Shown here piece after piece: positions 41,300-54,209 of a stretch of 64,000 nt of DNA. The position numbers and the translations under genes are program-made. How positions within the stretch are numbered: the first letter of the stretch is position 1; each line of letters begins with the position of its first letter. The stretch spans positions 15,376,001 to 15,440,000 of the forward strand of contig OX597833.1 in assembly GCA_951406725.2 (NCBI GenBank). Reading direction: 5' to 3'. This stretch comes from Octopus vulgaris (lineage: Eukaryota). The notes beneath the pieces were generated by a model that saw only the letters and a program-made list of their open reading frames with translations, was not told where the DNA came from and did no database searches.

Positions 41300-42560
41300 G
41301 TAAGATTTATAAAGCCGAAAAGCTAGCCATTGATGTACAGAGTGAGAAAGGCGATTCTTAAATGCACAAAAAAGAAGCGTAGCAAAAGATATTCAGGAAG
41401 CCATATATATATATGAAGAGAGATCCATGTTATTATTCCATTGCTCACAAAAATGCAAAGAAATCCAGTGCCTTTTAGTATGAAACGTATGGTATCAGAA
41501 ATCAATGAAGGGATGGCTGAAGTGTTTGAAAAGGAGCTTGAAAAATGATCAGTTTTAAAAGCAAAAGGTGTAGGTGAAGAAATCCTAACAGAACTTTCTA
41601 AAATAACACAAACATGAATGGAGGGAAAGCAATGACAATTTAGCAAATACAAACAAATATAAGATTTATAAATAAGTGAATCCCGACAAGTAACCAAATT
41701 CTCCATACGTCAAAGTTTACTTTGGGTGAACTCAATCAACTGATATTTGCCTCATCCATAGAACTGGAATTTAAATTTCCCATCATGACATTATCAAGGA
41801 AACGTAAAAATATATAATCGGTATTTCGGAGGACAAGAAACCTAGCTGGAATGGGGGGTGGGTGAAGAAATAGATACCTTTAGAGAAAAAATATTGACCT
41901 AAGTGAATCTCAGCGAGATATTTGTGAAAGTAACAAAAGGAAACAAGTTGAAGAGTAAATATGAACTACAGAAGATAGAAAATAAAACGCCAGTCATAGA
42001 ACAACTTAAACAGAACATACAAAGCGATGTCCAAAGTGTAAAATGGATGGAAATACAGACTCTTTTTTTTTTCAAGTAAAACTATTGAAAAGGTTGCAAG
42101 ACGCAACGAAAATTTTAGGAAAATAAAAATAAGAAAAAAGTGGAAATTTTACCGGTGAGTGTGTTATATTATAAGGCACAAAAAGAAAATGACTCTCTCC
42201 AGACACAACAGAATAAATTTGAAACAGTTGGTAAATCAATTCGTCGGGAGATAGGAAGAGACCCAAGAACAAATAAACGAAGAAATACTGAAGCGCTTAA
42301 TCAGTCCTGGAGTTCTATGTGAAGCAACCAAAATGGCGATGAATGGATACAAACCATACAACAGGTTAATGGTGAAATACAAATGCAAGAATAGAAGAAT
42401 ATAACAAAAGGAATAGAAAAGAGCTCTTAGAAATCATTATATATAGAAAATACCAAGTATAAAGAAACAGTCAGATTATTGCTTGACCATAATGCCTTGT
42501 AAACACAAAGACCTTAAATTAGATTAAGCAGGAGCCAAAAAAGCATCGGAGGGAAACATT
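41300..42560 (+). mobile_element. Highly decayed R4/Dong-like LINE ORF region downstream of (TAA)n
   Basis: Broken motifs IEQLKQNIQ, QSWSSM*SNQNGDEWI resembling the pre-RT region of R4/Dong. Confidence 0.4.
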
Positions 42561-42639
42561 TCTTTTCTATTACAGACAGCTGTAAATAAAAGACCTGTTT
42601 ACATCAAGTAATATATACATCACCTATCCTTTAATATAA

Positions 42640-42822
42640 ATACTTTATAATTAGGTTTGAGCAAAGATTTACTTCACCACATACCGAAGTTTAGAAATAG
42701 CAGTCAAAAAATCTTAGCTATTCCTTCTGCCTTAAAAGGGGCTCCCCGAAAAACCAAAGTACTTGAGAGCAATCCACGCAGGCAACAGGGAAAAAAGACA
42801 ACGAAAATCATATAAATATATA
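42640..42822 (-). repeat. Diverged solo copy of the terminal repeat of the 58416-59190 element
   Basis: TCACCACATACCGAAGTTTAGAAATAGCAGTCAAA..TAGCTATTC shared with 58416-58599. Confidence 0.7.
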
Positions 42823-42998
42823 GCATGCACATATGTCTGTCCGCTGTTCCTTTTTAATGTACTCACAAACTCGGTTGTGCTTGGAATCTCCCTGATTGAC
42901 TATTCCGAGGCCCTCGTTCCCTGTCCTCCCGGCTCTTCTTTCTTCCTCACACACACAAACCCACACAAACTCTCTACCCCTCTCTCAATCTCTGTATT

Positions 42999-43052
<54 letters not shown>

Positions 43053-43056
<4 letters not shown>

Positions 43057-43310
43057 TGGTAAAAACGGTAAGATAACAAAAGAAAGAAAAAGACCTCAAT
43101 ATTATGTAAATAGAGGAAATTTATCTATAAAATAATATGTTACAATTACTCAATGGTCAAGATAAAACTCTGAGTTTCAGATGCCGAAGTGAAAATCCAC
43201 AACACCATCTCTTCGGTTATCTGGCAAACCGAAGAGATGGTGTTGTGGATTTCCACTTCGGCATCTGAAACTCAGAGTTTTATCTTGACTATTGAGTAAT
43301 TGTAACATAT

Positions 43311-43319
<9 letters not shown>
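43053..43319. mobile_element. Hammerhead-bearing foldback element between (TA)n tracts
   Basis: ~93-bp near-perfect inverted arms around an 8-nt spacer at ~43219-43226. Confidence 0.85.
43160..43222 (-). ncRNA. Type I minimal hammerhead ribozyme (U4C); mirror copy on + strand at 43227-43285
   Basis: agataa-CCGAAGA-gatg[..]catc-t-GAAA-ctc a gag-TT-ttatct. Confidence 0.72.
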
Positions 43320-43375
<56 letters not shown>

Positions 43376-43963
43376 CACACAAATGGGGGGATGAATTCCC
43401 AGCTTGAGGGGTATCGCGAAAAGGCGTCTTTGGATGTCCGAATTTCCGAGTTGCTTACAGGGCTTAAAAAACACCGTAAGGCCGCTGCAATGTGTACGAA
43501 CCTGATTAAAATCATAAATTACTGATACCCTTCTATTTGCTTCAGCGACATTTCAGCAATCCTTCCTATGTGTATACTGTGAGTAAGGTCAGCTCTAGCC
43601 ATGCGTGCCCAGCACCGAGGAAAGGAAGTAATCCAGAAACCATTGGTCTGCCGGTACTGCCAACGTCTAGAAGAGAGCAGTGAGCCCCCCTGTTTAGAGT
43701 ATGTCTTGGACACAGATCATGTATCGATAAACCAGCTGGAAAAGATGTTTTCCTGGGGTTAAAAAGTAGTAACATTGTACTAGACAGGACTGCTACATTA
43801 TGTTGGCAAATATACTTTACTACACACACATACACATACAATTATATATATATATATATATATAAAGTTAATCCAAACAAGAAAACACAGAAAAAAACAC
43901 AGCAACGCGAGGACGTGGAACAATTAAAGTATTATTTGACGCTCAGGAAAGAAGGGAAGGAGG

Positions 43964-43998
43964 GTTTAACGTTTCGAGCGGAGCTCTTCGTCGGAAAC
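43964..43998 (-). ncRNA. Minimal hammerhead ribozyme (U4C) in a ~205-bp pLTR-like insert (43865-44070) within (TA)n
   Basis: gttt-CCGACGA-a-gagc tcc gctc-GAAA-cg-TT-aaac; self-complementary ACGT stem III. Confidence 0.7.
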
Positions 43999-44068
43999 AA
44001 GGAGAAGGAAAGATCCCGAGAAGGGAAGACAGAGGAAAAAAATATTTTTGCTGGTGGTGCTCAAGAGA

Positions 44069-44124
<56 letters not shown>

Positions 44125-44192
44125 CATATATAGCAAAAATATAACTATAGACGTTCTGTTAGAGATTTAGTTTCCTTATTTTTCCTGTTCTC

Positions 44193-44227
44193 AATTCCGA
44201 CGAAGAGCTATGCTCGAAACGTCAAAC
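44193..44227 (+). ncRNA. Minimal hammerhead motif, related and inverted to 43964-43998
   Basis: att-CCGACGA-a-gagc tat gctc-GAAA-cg-TC-aaac; stem I eroded. Confidence 0.6.
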
Positions 44228-44266
44228 TCTCACTTTTTACTTAGACATCAAGCAAATGCATTCCTT

Positions 44267-44349
<83 letters not shown>

Positions 44350-44786
44350 AAAATAGAGATTGAAGACATCTACACGAATACCGCAGTTAGCAATCCGTGC
44401 ACAATCCCTCTCTAATAGAAAGTCTAGTGAGGGATAACGGATTATATTAATATATAAAGGTTAAATACACCGGTCGATCCATGGAAAACTGCTAATCCGA
44501 TGTTCTTTTGTTCCTCTCCAAACGATTGGTTGGTACATTAAAACCATATGCATTATCAAAGGACGTACAAAAAAATGAAAATTATAATTTTACATAATTT
44601 TATGCAGTTTTTCGAACATTTCAAGAGGTTACATGAATTTCATTTCCACGCTATTAAATGCTTTGTAAGCATAATTAATTAATTAGTTAATGGGTCAGGT
44701 TGCCCTCATCCTTTTCTTAACAGACCTTAAATATATTACGGTGAATTGTCTGAGTTTCTAACACATATTTTGGTAAATGGTATTTA

Positions 44787-45417
44787 CGGCGAGCTGGCAG
44801 AAACGTTAGCGCGCCGGGCGAAATACTTAGCGGTATTTCGTCTGCGTTACGTTGTGAGTTCAAATTCCGCCGAGGTCGACTTTGCCTTTCATCCTTTCGC
44901 GGTCGATAAATTAAGTACCAGTTACGCACTGGGGTCGATGTAATCGACTTAATACCTATGTCTGTCCTTGTTTGTCCGCTCTGTGTTTAGCCCCTTGTGG
45001 GTAGTAAAGAAATAGGTATTCTAGATAAATGAGGGCGGCGAAGTGGCAGAATCGTTAGCACGCCGGGCGAAATGCTTAGCGGTATTTCGGCTGCCGTTAC
45101 GTTCTGGGTTCAAATTCCGCCGAGATCGACTCTGCCTTTCATCCTTTCGGGGGCGATTAAATAAATACCAGTTACGCACTGGAGTCCATGTTTGTCCCTT
45201 CTGTGTTTAGCCTCTTGTGGGTAGTAAAGGAATAGGTATTTCGTCTGCCGTTACGTTCTGAGTTCAAATTCTGCCGAGGTGGACTTTGCCTTTCATCCTT
45301 TCGGGGTCGATTAAATAAGTACCAGTTACGCTCTGAGGTCGATATAATCGACTTAATCCGTTCTGTCTGTCCTTGTTTGCTCCCTGTGTTTAGCCCCTTG
45401 TTGGTAGTAAAGAAATA
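44787..45417 (+). mobile_element. Cluster of SINE family A units (monomer plus dimer)
   Basis: Three bodies; second insertion 45035-45417 flanked by TATTCYAGATAAATGA. Confidence 0.88.
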
Positions 45418-45862
45418 GATATTCCAGATAAATGACAAATAAAATTACATTTATGTGATACATCATATGTTTGCCGCATTTCCAAACTGTTTACACTTTG
45501 CGATGTCCCCCTTTTTTTATATTTCTGTGACGTAAAACTGATGCAATATATTTTCTGCTACATGTACAAAGCTTGAATAGGTTTCGGTGAGGCAGGAAAT
45601 GATATATATTGATTACAGTGCTCGACTAATAATTATTTTTATCGACCCTGAAAGGAGGAAAGACATAGTGGAATTCAGTGGATAGAGAGGAAATATATTT
45701 AAGCATTTTGACCCACGAGCTAAAGATTCTGCCAGATCACTGTGTTACAAAATAACGGTTTCAAATGTTGTTACAAGACCCATACGTTCGGGGTTGGAAG
45801 CAAGTTGATTACATTCACCCCTGTACTCAACTATTACTTATTGTAGAAAATTAAAAATAAAT

Positions 45863-46109
45863 GCGCCGTCTTAAAGCCTAGCCGTGCTCGTGGGACCGCT
45901 TTCCTGGTTTCAATGGCGTATGTGTTACCCAGCTGAACGGGACGCCAGTCCATCGCAACGTTACTCATTTTTGCCAGCTGAGTGAATTGGGGCGACGTAA
46001 AATGAAGTGTTTTTCTCAAGAACACAACTCGTCGCCCAGTCCAGGATTCGAAACCACAATCTTACGATCATGATGTTGACACCCTAACCACTAAGCCACG
46101 TACCTCCAC
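45863..46109 (-). mobile_element. SINE: CORE-like head plus alternative (GCGATGGACTGGCGTCCC) tail
   Basis: Head related to 40011 and 49263; tail related to 18085. Confidence 0.8.
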
Positions 46110-47539
46110 TGACATTTATTGTATCAACCACAAAATGATGAAAGCAAAGCCGGCCTCTGGGGAATTTGAACGTAGATCGTAAAGACGAACGAATTTCTGG
46201 TAAGCATTTTGCCCGCCGTACTAACGGATTCTGCGAGTTCACCGCCTTACCAACTTAGAGAATAATATCATATAGAAATACGAAGGAAGGAGAAACAACA
46301 TTGACCATTTATCTGAAATACTACAGAGCCACGTACATTATTAGCAGCACAAAGTGTTTGGCCCTCGGGGTTGTTCATAAATAGCCATATAGTTATTTCG
46401 ATAGACAGGTACCACTTCAAAAACGGACACCCGATTTAACCAGCCGCCAGTTATTGATCCATCTTTGTATTCATGTCTTAGTTTTCCATTACGATTTCGG
46501 AAATGGGATTTCTAACACTCCAATAATTATTAGACAAACCACCAGGCATTCATTATTTTTAAAGATTTTTTTCTTCATACCTATATATTTTTTGTATGTT
46601 TGACATAATGCAGCATAAATTTCTGCCAATTTTATTTATTTATTTATGTGTTTACTTTTAACAAAAAAATTCTTTGTTCGAAAGGAAAAAAAATAGGATG
46701 TATATTTTCCGCATTATTAAACAGCCATTTAAAATTTTAACCAACTTCTTTCAGGCGTCATATTCTTGAATAATATGTTATACTAAACACACACACACAC
46801 ACATACAGAAACTTGCGCGCGCACATACACACACATGCACACACATACACACACACATACACACATCAACACGCACGTATATATTAACACACAAACACAC
46901 ACACACACATAATTTGTCTTTGATATTTGCACACGCACACACATACACATATATGTACATAATTTCCTTCAATATGAAGCACATTTACAATTAAATTTCA
47001 TTCGGATTATCATTATTATTATTATTGAGTGAGATACAGGGCATTCCATGAAAATAACGCTGGGGTACAAATGTACGAAGCTCAATATACCCATCACGAC
47101 TACCCGTCTGTTAGACTTACACCAGGTATATAGATCACAACCATATGTGCGCGACTTGCTGATCTCATATCAAGATAAACAGTGCATAACCCTGTTAGAA
47201 TTTTTTTCAGGTCGAGTAGCCCAGCCAGGTTTGTTTAATGTTGATGAATGAAATACGTCTGTTTCGAGAAGTGAATTATTCAAGCCCCAAAGAATCCCTC
47301 TGAACACATGGTTATGATGCGACTGCACTACTTTTGTTCGTGATCAGAAATGCACATATCGTCAGTCAATAAGGGATATGTTCATTTTCATACGGTTACA
47401 CGACTAAGAAGCAAATCTGTGGTATGGAGCTGAATATTTGCTGTGGCTCATTTTCTTTTATACCAAGGTAAAACCAGGTATATGGTAACACTACCAATCA
47501 GTTTATATCAAAAGCCACGTGAGACAATTATAATCATTA

Positions 47540-48030
47540 GGGCGATAGGGTGGCAGTATCGATAGCAACCTTGGCGAAATGCTTTGCGGTATTTCGTCTG
47601 CCGCTACGTTCTGAGTTCAAATTCTGCTGAATTCGACTTTGCATTTTATCCTTTCGGGGTCGATAAATTAAGTGCCAGTTACACACTGGGGTCGATGTAA
47701 TCGACTTGATCCGTTTGTCCGTCCTTGTTTGTCCCCTCTGTGTTTAGCCCCTTGTGGGTAGTAAAGAAACAGGTATTTCGTCTGCTGCTTACGTTCTGAG
47801 TTCAAATTCTGCTGAATTCGACTTTGCCTTTCATCCTTTCGGGGTCGATTAAATTAAGTACCAGTTACGTACTGGAGTCGATGTAATCGACTCCGTTTGT
47901 CCGTCCTTGTTTGTCCCCTCTGTTTGTCCCCTTGGGTAGTGTTTAGTCTGCCGCTTACGTTCTGAGTTCAAATTCTGCTGGACTTTGCATTTATCCTTTC
48001 GGGGTCGATAAAAAGTGCCAGTTACACACT
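47540..48030 (+). mobile_element. Tandem SINE family A array running into the gap
   Basis: Three body repeats. Confidence 0.8.
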
Positions 48031-48130
48031 NNNNNNNNNNNNNNNNNNNNNNNNNNNNNNNNNNNNNNNNNNNNNNNNNNNNNNNNNNNNNNNNNNNNNN
48101 NNNNNNNNNNNNNNNNNNNNNNNNNNNNNN
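48031..48130. other. Assembly gap (100 N)
   Basis: Run of n. Confidence 1.
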
Positions 48131-48580
48131 ATGCACACATATACACACACATACATACATACATACAGACAGACAGAGAAAGCTTATTGAATGTGTAGTC
48201 AAATCCTATTCTATGGACTCAACCATGTTCTAAAATAAGTCGAAAGTTAAGCTACTATAAATCGGCACGAACTTTCCGGAGAACCCAATATTTCGTTGCT
48301 TAGAAAGCATCTTAGGCGACTGCAGTGAAGCCCTTCTCCTTAGAATATGATGTTGAGAAGGCAATAAACTACCTATTGACTTCTTTCCACTGTGCTGGGT
48401 GGCAATCAGTAGTGTCCTTTTGTATGTTTCTGGACTTGATTTCTTAAACTTTGGTCTCATTTCAATATAATTTTAAAGTGAAACCAGTTCATCCTCAACT
48501 ATTCTTGTTTTCTTATTATTGACATTTAAGCATCATTCTGACTGGTATTTTTATCCAAAATTAAATATCCCAAATTTTAA

Positions 48581-48967
48581 TCTCTCTCTATATAAACGGC
48601 AGTTTGTCTGTGCGTGTTTCTGTGTGTCTGTTTGCTTGTACCCTCACCCTGACCACGGCTTTCAACCGATTCTGATGAAACTTGACACACACATAGCCCA
48701 ATGTCATAATTCAAAACTAACGCAGCGAAAATTTTGAAAAGTTCCCCCCAGTTCTGAAAAAAATCGATAAATTCGACATGGGGTCGAGAATCAGAAACAC
48801 AAACCACAAACTGTCTAGGGGACGCAACTCCACCTTTTTTAACTCTCAAAAAAAAAATTTACCATCATTTTTTTCCATTTTTTTGCTATTTTTTGGCTAT
48901 AACTCTCTAAAAATGCTTTATAGTTATTTCCCTTACAAACCTGAGCAACGCCGGGCGATACTGCTAG
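48581..48967 (+). mobile_element. Non-autonomous Helitron (shared 3' end, unrelated 5' half)
   Basis: A|TCTCTCTCTATATAAA...CCTGAGCAACGCCGGGCGATACTGCTAG|T. Confidence 0.85.
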
Positions 48968-49262
48968 TAGAAAATAAACAGGTCTCTGTGCAGCTCATCC
49001 AGGTGTGAACAATACGCTTGAGAGTCATCTAGGATGCGCTTTTTCTCTTCTAATCCAGCGAGACTTGGAAACCGGATAATCTAACGACGGCTTAGGCTAC
49101 ATTTGAATAACTCTATCATGCGCAAAAACGTGGAAAAGGCTGGTTTTACTTCCATAAGCTTTAACCTCGTTTCTTTGTACTTGCAAATTAATTTCATTGA
49201 ACTATGTGAATAAATCAGCCTTGACATGCTTGATATTTCTTGGTTCATTATAAAGAACAGAA

Positions 49263-49589
49263 GTGAAGGCGCGTGGCTTAGTGGTTAGGAGCATTCGCTT
49301 CATGATCGTAAGGTCGTGAGTTCAATTCCCGGCGGCACGTTGTGTCCTTGAGCAAGTCACTTTATTTCACGTTGCTCCAGTGAACTCAGCTGGCAAAAAT
49401 GAGTAGTACGTGCATTTCAAAGGGTCAGCCTTGTCTCACACTGCGTCACGCTGAATCTCCCCGAGAACTATGTGTTAAGGGTACACGTGTTGTGGAGTGC
49501 TCAGCCACTTACACGTTGATTCCACGAGCAAGCTGTTCCATTGATCGTATCAGCTGAGACCCTCGTCGTCGTAACCGACGGAGTGCTCC
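49263..49589 (+). mobile_element. SINE: CORE-like head plus family-B tail
   Basis: TTGTGTCCTTGAGCAAGTCACTT block; tail AACCGACGGAGTGCT; TSD TATAAAGAACAGAA (49249-49262, 49590-49603). Confidence 0.9.
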
Positions 49590-50159
49590 TATAAAGAACA
49601 GAATAAGTGTGTTGCAAGCACAGCAACAACGGTTTTTCAAAAGGGATTATAAGCTTTCAGGCAGTTTCCATTTGACAGCCATTGAAATTCTCTGCGCTAC
49701 AATACGCACTTAAAACCTTTATCATTCTTAGTAGAGAGGGTTGAAACATTAGGGGACTGAGGGTGCCTTGATATTGTTTACTGTTAATAAAAGTGCTCAA
49801 CTATTTGTTAAGTCTCAAAGTTACGTTATTTATTAACACTGGTTTCCTGTTGATTATATAGTGCGCTGTAAACACGCAAGATATAGCTTTTTGAATTGGC
49901 TGAAAAAGCAGCGATGACAACCTACCATCGATGATGATTTATTGCTCAAACACGAAATTCGGATTCTTTTGTATCTCTTTCTTGTTATCTTGAGCCAAAT
50001 GTTAATCTCTAACGAAGCAACATAAGCAAAAAAACATACTTTTACTGCTTGGCAAAGATGATTCATCTAACTGCACACAAATTCGGTTGTTCTAAGTCTG
50101 TGTAAAATGTATCTTCAATGTTGTATTATTCATAATGAAACGTTTGTAATATACATTTA

Positions 50160-50391
50160 TACTTTTATTCTTATATTATTTTATTTGTTTCAGTTATTTG
50201 ACTGCGGCCATGCTGGGACACTGCCTTTAGTCGAGTAAATCGACCCCAGGACTTACTCTTTGTAAGCCTAGTACTTATTCTATCGGGTCGCTTTTGCCGA
50301 ACCGCTAGGTTACGGGGAGGTAAACGCACCAGCATCGGATGTCAAGCGATGTTGGGGGGAGGGACAAACACAGAGACACAAACATATAAAT

Positions 50392-50426
<35 letters not shown>

Positions 50427-50600
50427 CAATATATACGACGAGCTTCTTTCAGTTTCCGTCTACCAAATCCACTCACAAGGCTTTGGTCTCGCCCGTGGCT
50501 CTAGTAGAAGACACTTGCCTAAGGTGCCATGCAGTGGGACTGAACCCGGAACCATGTGGTTGGTGAGCAAGCTACTTATCACACAGCCACTCCTGCACCT
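50160..50600 (-). mobile_element. SINE family C
   Basis: Consensus match with internal microsatellite. Confidence 0.87.
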
Positions 50601-51389
50601 ATTTTTAGAGGAAATATTCGTACATGCACTTTTGATTTTCACGATGCAATTCTCGAGAAAAAAAAAAGAAACGAGAATTTTTCAACTTATGCATGATAAC
50701 TTTCCAAACTTTTTTCTGTAAAAGAAGTCTGTCTGCATGTGTTTTGAAATGTGACATGCTATAAAATGGGGAAATATCCCCAAAAATAAAACTCCAAGAA
50801 TTTCTGATGTGTGTAAGACAGCTATCGTGAAAATCCGACAAAAATAAAATGAAATACCTTTTCTTAATATATTTGCTTTGACAGAGTTTCTAAATTATAA
50901 CTTAGAAAAAAATTGCGTAAAACAAGAAAAACGCAAACAAATATAGATTTGCAGAAATGGTGGTCTCAACTAGGATAATGTTTAATTCTTAAAAATAATC
51001 TACCAATTCTAAAACGGCTAAAATAGAACAACTGATATACTAATTTCTATTTATAACTGTTATTTTAATCAATGTTTAAGACTATTGGGTCAGATGTATT
51101 ATTCATTAAAAAATAAATTTGCGAAATAAATTCTGAAGTTTTCTAATAATTAAAATTTGCAAAATTCATAAAATTATTAGAAAACTAACATTGATATTAC
51201 AATTATAGAATGTGTCAAAATAGTTGTACAATTCTTTACTTAGAGCGAAGCTCAAGATACCAAATTATAGAAGATATGAAGAATTTCTAACCTTTACCCT
51301 AAAGCTACTTATAAAAGCTAAAAGTTTTGAGAAATATATCAATGTCAAAATTGTAGTTATAGGAACGCAATAATTACTTTACAGAAAGC

Positions 51390-51509
<120 letters not shown>

Positions 51510-51554
51510 AAACAAGTCAAAATAGAAAATGCTAAAATAATTTTATAAAGAACA

Positions 51555-51598
51555 TTTCAGTACCGGTTTCGGTCATTTTGAGACCTTTTCAACTGTAA
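51555..51598 (-). ncRNA. Type I minimal hammerhead ribozyme with U3:A8 covariation, in a pLTR-like repeat (51505-51710)
   Basis: cag-TTGAAAA-ggtc tcaaaat gacc-GAAA-ccgg-TA-ctg; palindromic ACCGGT stem III. Confidence 0.72.
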
Positions 51599-52090
51599 CG
51601 ATTAAATAATTAAATTTAGAAAAATTAAAAGAAAAGTTTTTTTAAAGGAATATTTGTATAGTGTTCACATATAAGTGGCATTCAGCCTTTCTCTGTCTCC
51701 CTTGTTTACACTTGTGTGTTCGAGGTCTGGTTATTAGCAAGGGATTTCTCCAAACATTTACCGGTTTGCTCATAGTTAGATATATGCAGTAGAAACACGT
51801 GTGGGTCGAATTGAGGTTGAATTGATATATAAAAGTGAATTAAAGATAATGCTAATACCACATCGTAATAATCCCTATTGTGTATATATAGAGATATATA
51901 TGTGTGTGTGTGTGTATAAATGTACATATCGGTGTGTGTGTGTGTTCGCGTGCGTAGTAAATATGAGTACGTATATATGTATAGTTAGGTAGATAGATAG
52001 ATGAAACTTATAGAAAAACAAAAGACGAAGATAGGTGTATGAACAACAAGCAGTTGTATTAGGGTTGACGCTCGGACAAATTGAGAAGTT

Positions 52091-52125
52091 TTTTATGTTT
52101 CGAGCCTACGCTCTTCGACAGAAAG
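52091..52125 (-). ncRNA. Hammerhead-like motif (A6U), second copy of the 11210 family
   Basis: ttt-CTGTCGA-a-gagc gtag gctc-GAAA-ca-TA-aaa. Confidence 0.4.
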
Positions 52126-52824
52126 GAATGACAGAAAATACACAGAGAGAGAATGCAAAAAAATATGGTGGATTTAGAGGTCAAACATGGCGAATCATTA
52201 GAAGAAAGGTTTAAAGGAAGAGTTTGAAAGAAAGGGAAATAATAAAGTGCTGGTGATCCAAAATGAAGCTGCGCGTGTGTATGTGAGAATAGTGTGCGTG
52301 AATGTGCGTGTGTGTGAATGGGGGCTAGTTGCTCTTACTTATGTGAGTGTGTGTGTGCATATGTAACGTGTGTGTGTGTGTGTGTGTATGTGTAATAGGG
52401 GCTAGTGGCTCTGACTTGTGTGAGTGTATGCATGTGTAAGTATGTACGCCTGTAACTTGTGTGTGTGTTGCGCGTAGCAGTTAAGGTGTGTTTTTTGACG
52501 TGTTGTTTATGTATGTGTGTTTGTGTGTGAGTGTCTGTGTGTCTGTTTGTGGTCAAATAGTATGCGTGTGTATGGTGCATATATGTATGTAGTGTGTGTT
52601 AATGTGTGTTCTGTGTGTATGTATATATAGCCTGTTTTCAAGTATTAGGTGCTTGTGTGGGTGAGTATATATTGTCTCTGTTTAAGTATTATATCCTTGT
52701 ATGGATGTGCGAGTGTGCATGATGGTGTGTGGTGTGTGTACTGTGTTACATAGTGTGTGTGGCTGTTCATAGAGTGGTATGTGTGTTGAGGCTATTGAAG
52801 TATACAACGACCTCGAACCCAAAT

Positions 52825-53027
52825 TTGTAAACAAGAGAGACAGAGACAGGAAGAAACAAGGGAAATGCCACTTGTATTTGAACACTATGCATATATTCTT
52901 TTAAAAATCTTTTCTTTCAATTTTTCCCAAATTTAATTTTTTTCCATAGAGTTGAAAAAGTCAAAGTAATTGAAACCGGTACTGAAATATTTATTATAAA
53001 ATTATGTTAGCATTTTCTATCTTGACC
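52825..53027 (+). repeat. Diverged inverted copy of 51505-51710 with eroded hammerhead (52948-52987)
   Basis: GTTGAAAAAGTC...GAAACCGGTACTGAAAT...TTAGCATTTTCTAT. Confidence 0.7.
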
Positions 53028-53220
53028 ACAAACACATATATACTAAAATGGATGTCGTGTTAAAACATACAAGTCTACTTTATTCTCCACGAGCGATCCT
53101 ATCATATGTTCTTGTGTTATATCTAAGCCCTCCTGTTTAAATCGGTGACGGATGATAATCGTCCGTTGCATTTACGAGACCTACCAGATCATGTGATTGG
53201 GCATTTTCCATGGCAGATTT

Positions 53221-53425
53221 TGGAGGCGCGTGACTTAGTTGGCAGTGTGTTGGACTCATGGTCGTAAGATTGTGGTTTCGATTCCTGGACCATGTGACGC
53301 GTGGTGTTTTCACATTGCTTTAATCCACTCAGCTGACAAAATGAGTAATCCCGTGGCAGACTAGTGACTCGTCCAGGTGGGTAATCTATACGCCATGGAA
53401 ACCAGAAAATCGGCCATTATGAGTC
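53221..53425 (+). mobile_element. Diverged SINE (CORE-like head plus alternative tail)
   Basis: Similarity to 45863-46109. Confidence 0.7.
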
Positions 53426-53451
53426 GACATGCCACGAGAAGGTAAATTTAC

Positions 53452-53995
53452 CTTTACTCTTTTTACTTGTGTCAGTCATTTGACTGTGGCCATGCTGGAG
53501 CACCGCATTTAGTCGAGCAAATCGACCCCAGGACTTATTCCTGGTAAGCCTAGTACTTATTCTATCGTTCTCTTTTACCGAGGTACGGGGACGTAAACAC
53601 ACCAGCATGGTTTGTCAAGCGATGTTAGGGGGACAAATACAGACACACAAACACACTCACACACATATATATATATATACGTATATATATCTACAACTTC
53701 ATCGGTACATTTACACTCTCTAAGATGTTACTAATTGATTTGAGAACTTTACATTATTAGAAAACCTATATGAAATTAGCTGAAGATTACTTGACATATT
53801 ATATTTGCTGTAATATTTGCAGCTTTAATAAATTGTTATAGTATGAAACAATTGTACTAAATTACCGGATCCATTCTTGTTGCTTATTTTTTTGGTTATA
53901 ATCACCCCACAATATTTTATGGGTAATACTATAAAGAATTCTGGTGCATCTAAATTAAGTACCATATTCATTTGAATCTAAATTGTTTTGCTGAA

Positions 53996-54040
<45 letters not shown>

Positions 54041-54204
54041 GGCAGGCTTCTTTCAGTTTCCGTCTACGAAATCCACTCACCAGGCTTTGATCGTCCCGAA
54101 GCTATAGTTGAAGATACTTGCCCCAGATGCCACGCAGTGGGACTGAACCCGGAACCATGTGGTTCATAAGCAAGCTTACTTACCACACAGCCACTCTTAC
54201 TCCT
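53452..54204 (-). mobile_element. SINE family C split by a ~300-bp insert in its internal (TA)n
   Basis: Tail half 53452-53690, head half ~54000-54204. Confidence 0.75.
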
Positions 54205-54209
54205 AAATT

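Noticed and set aside
44787-45417. Repeat array that could be mistaken for CRISPR
   Set aside because: Units are ~200-bp SINE bodies without unique spacers; eukaryotic context and no cas genes
48200-50080. Possible decayed LINE RT on the minus strand interrupted by a Helitron and a SINE
   Set aside because: Only faint motif echoes; not supportable by eye
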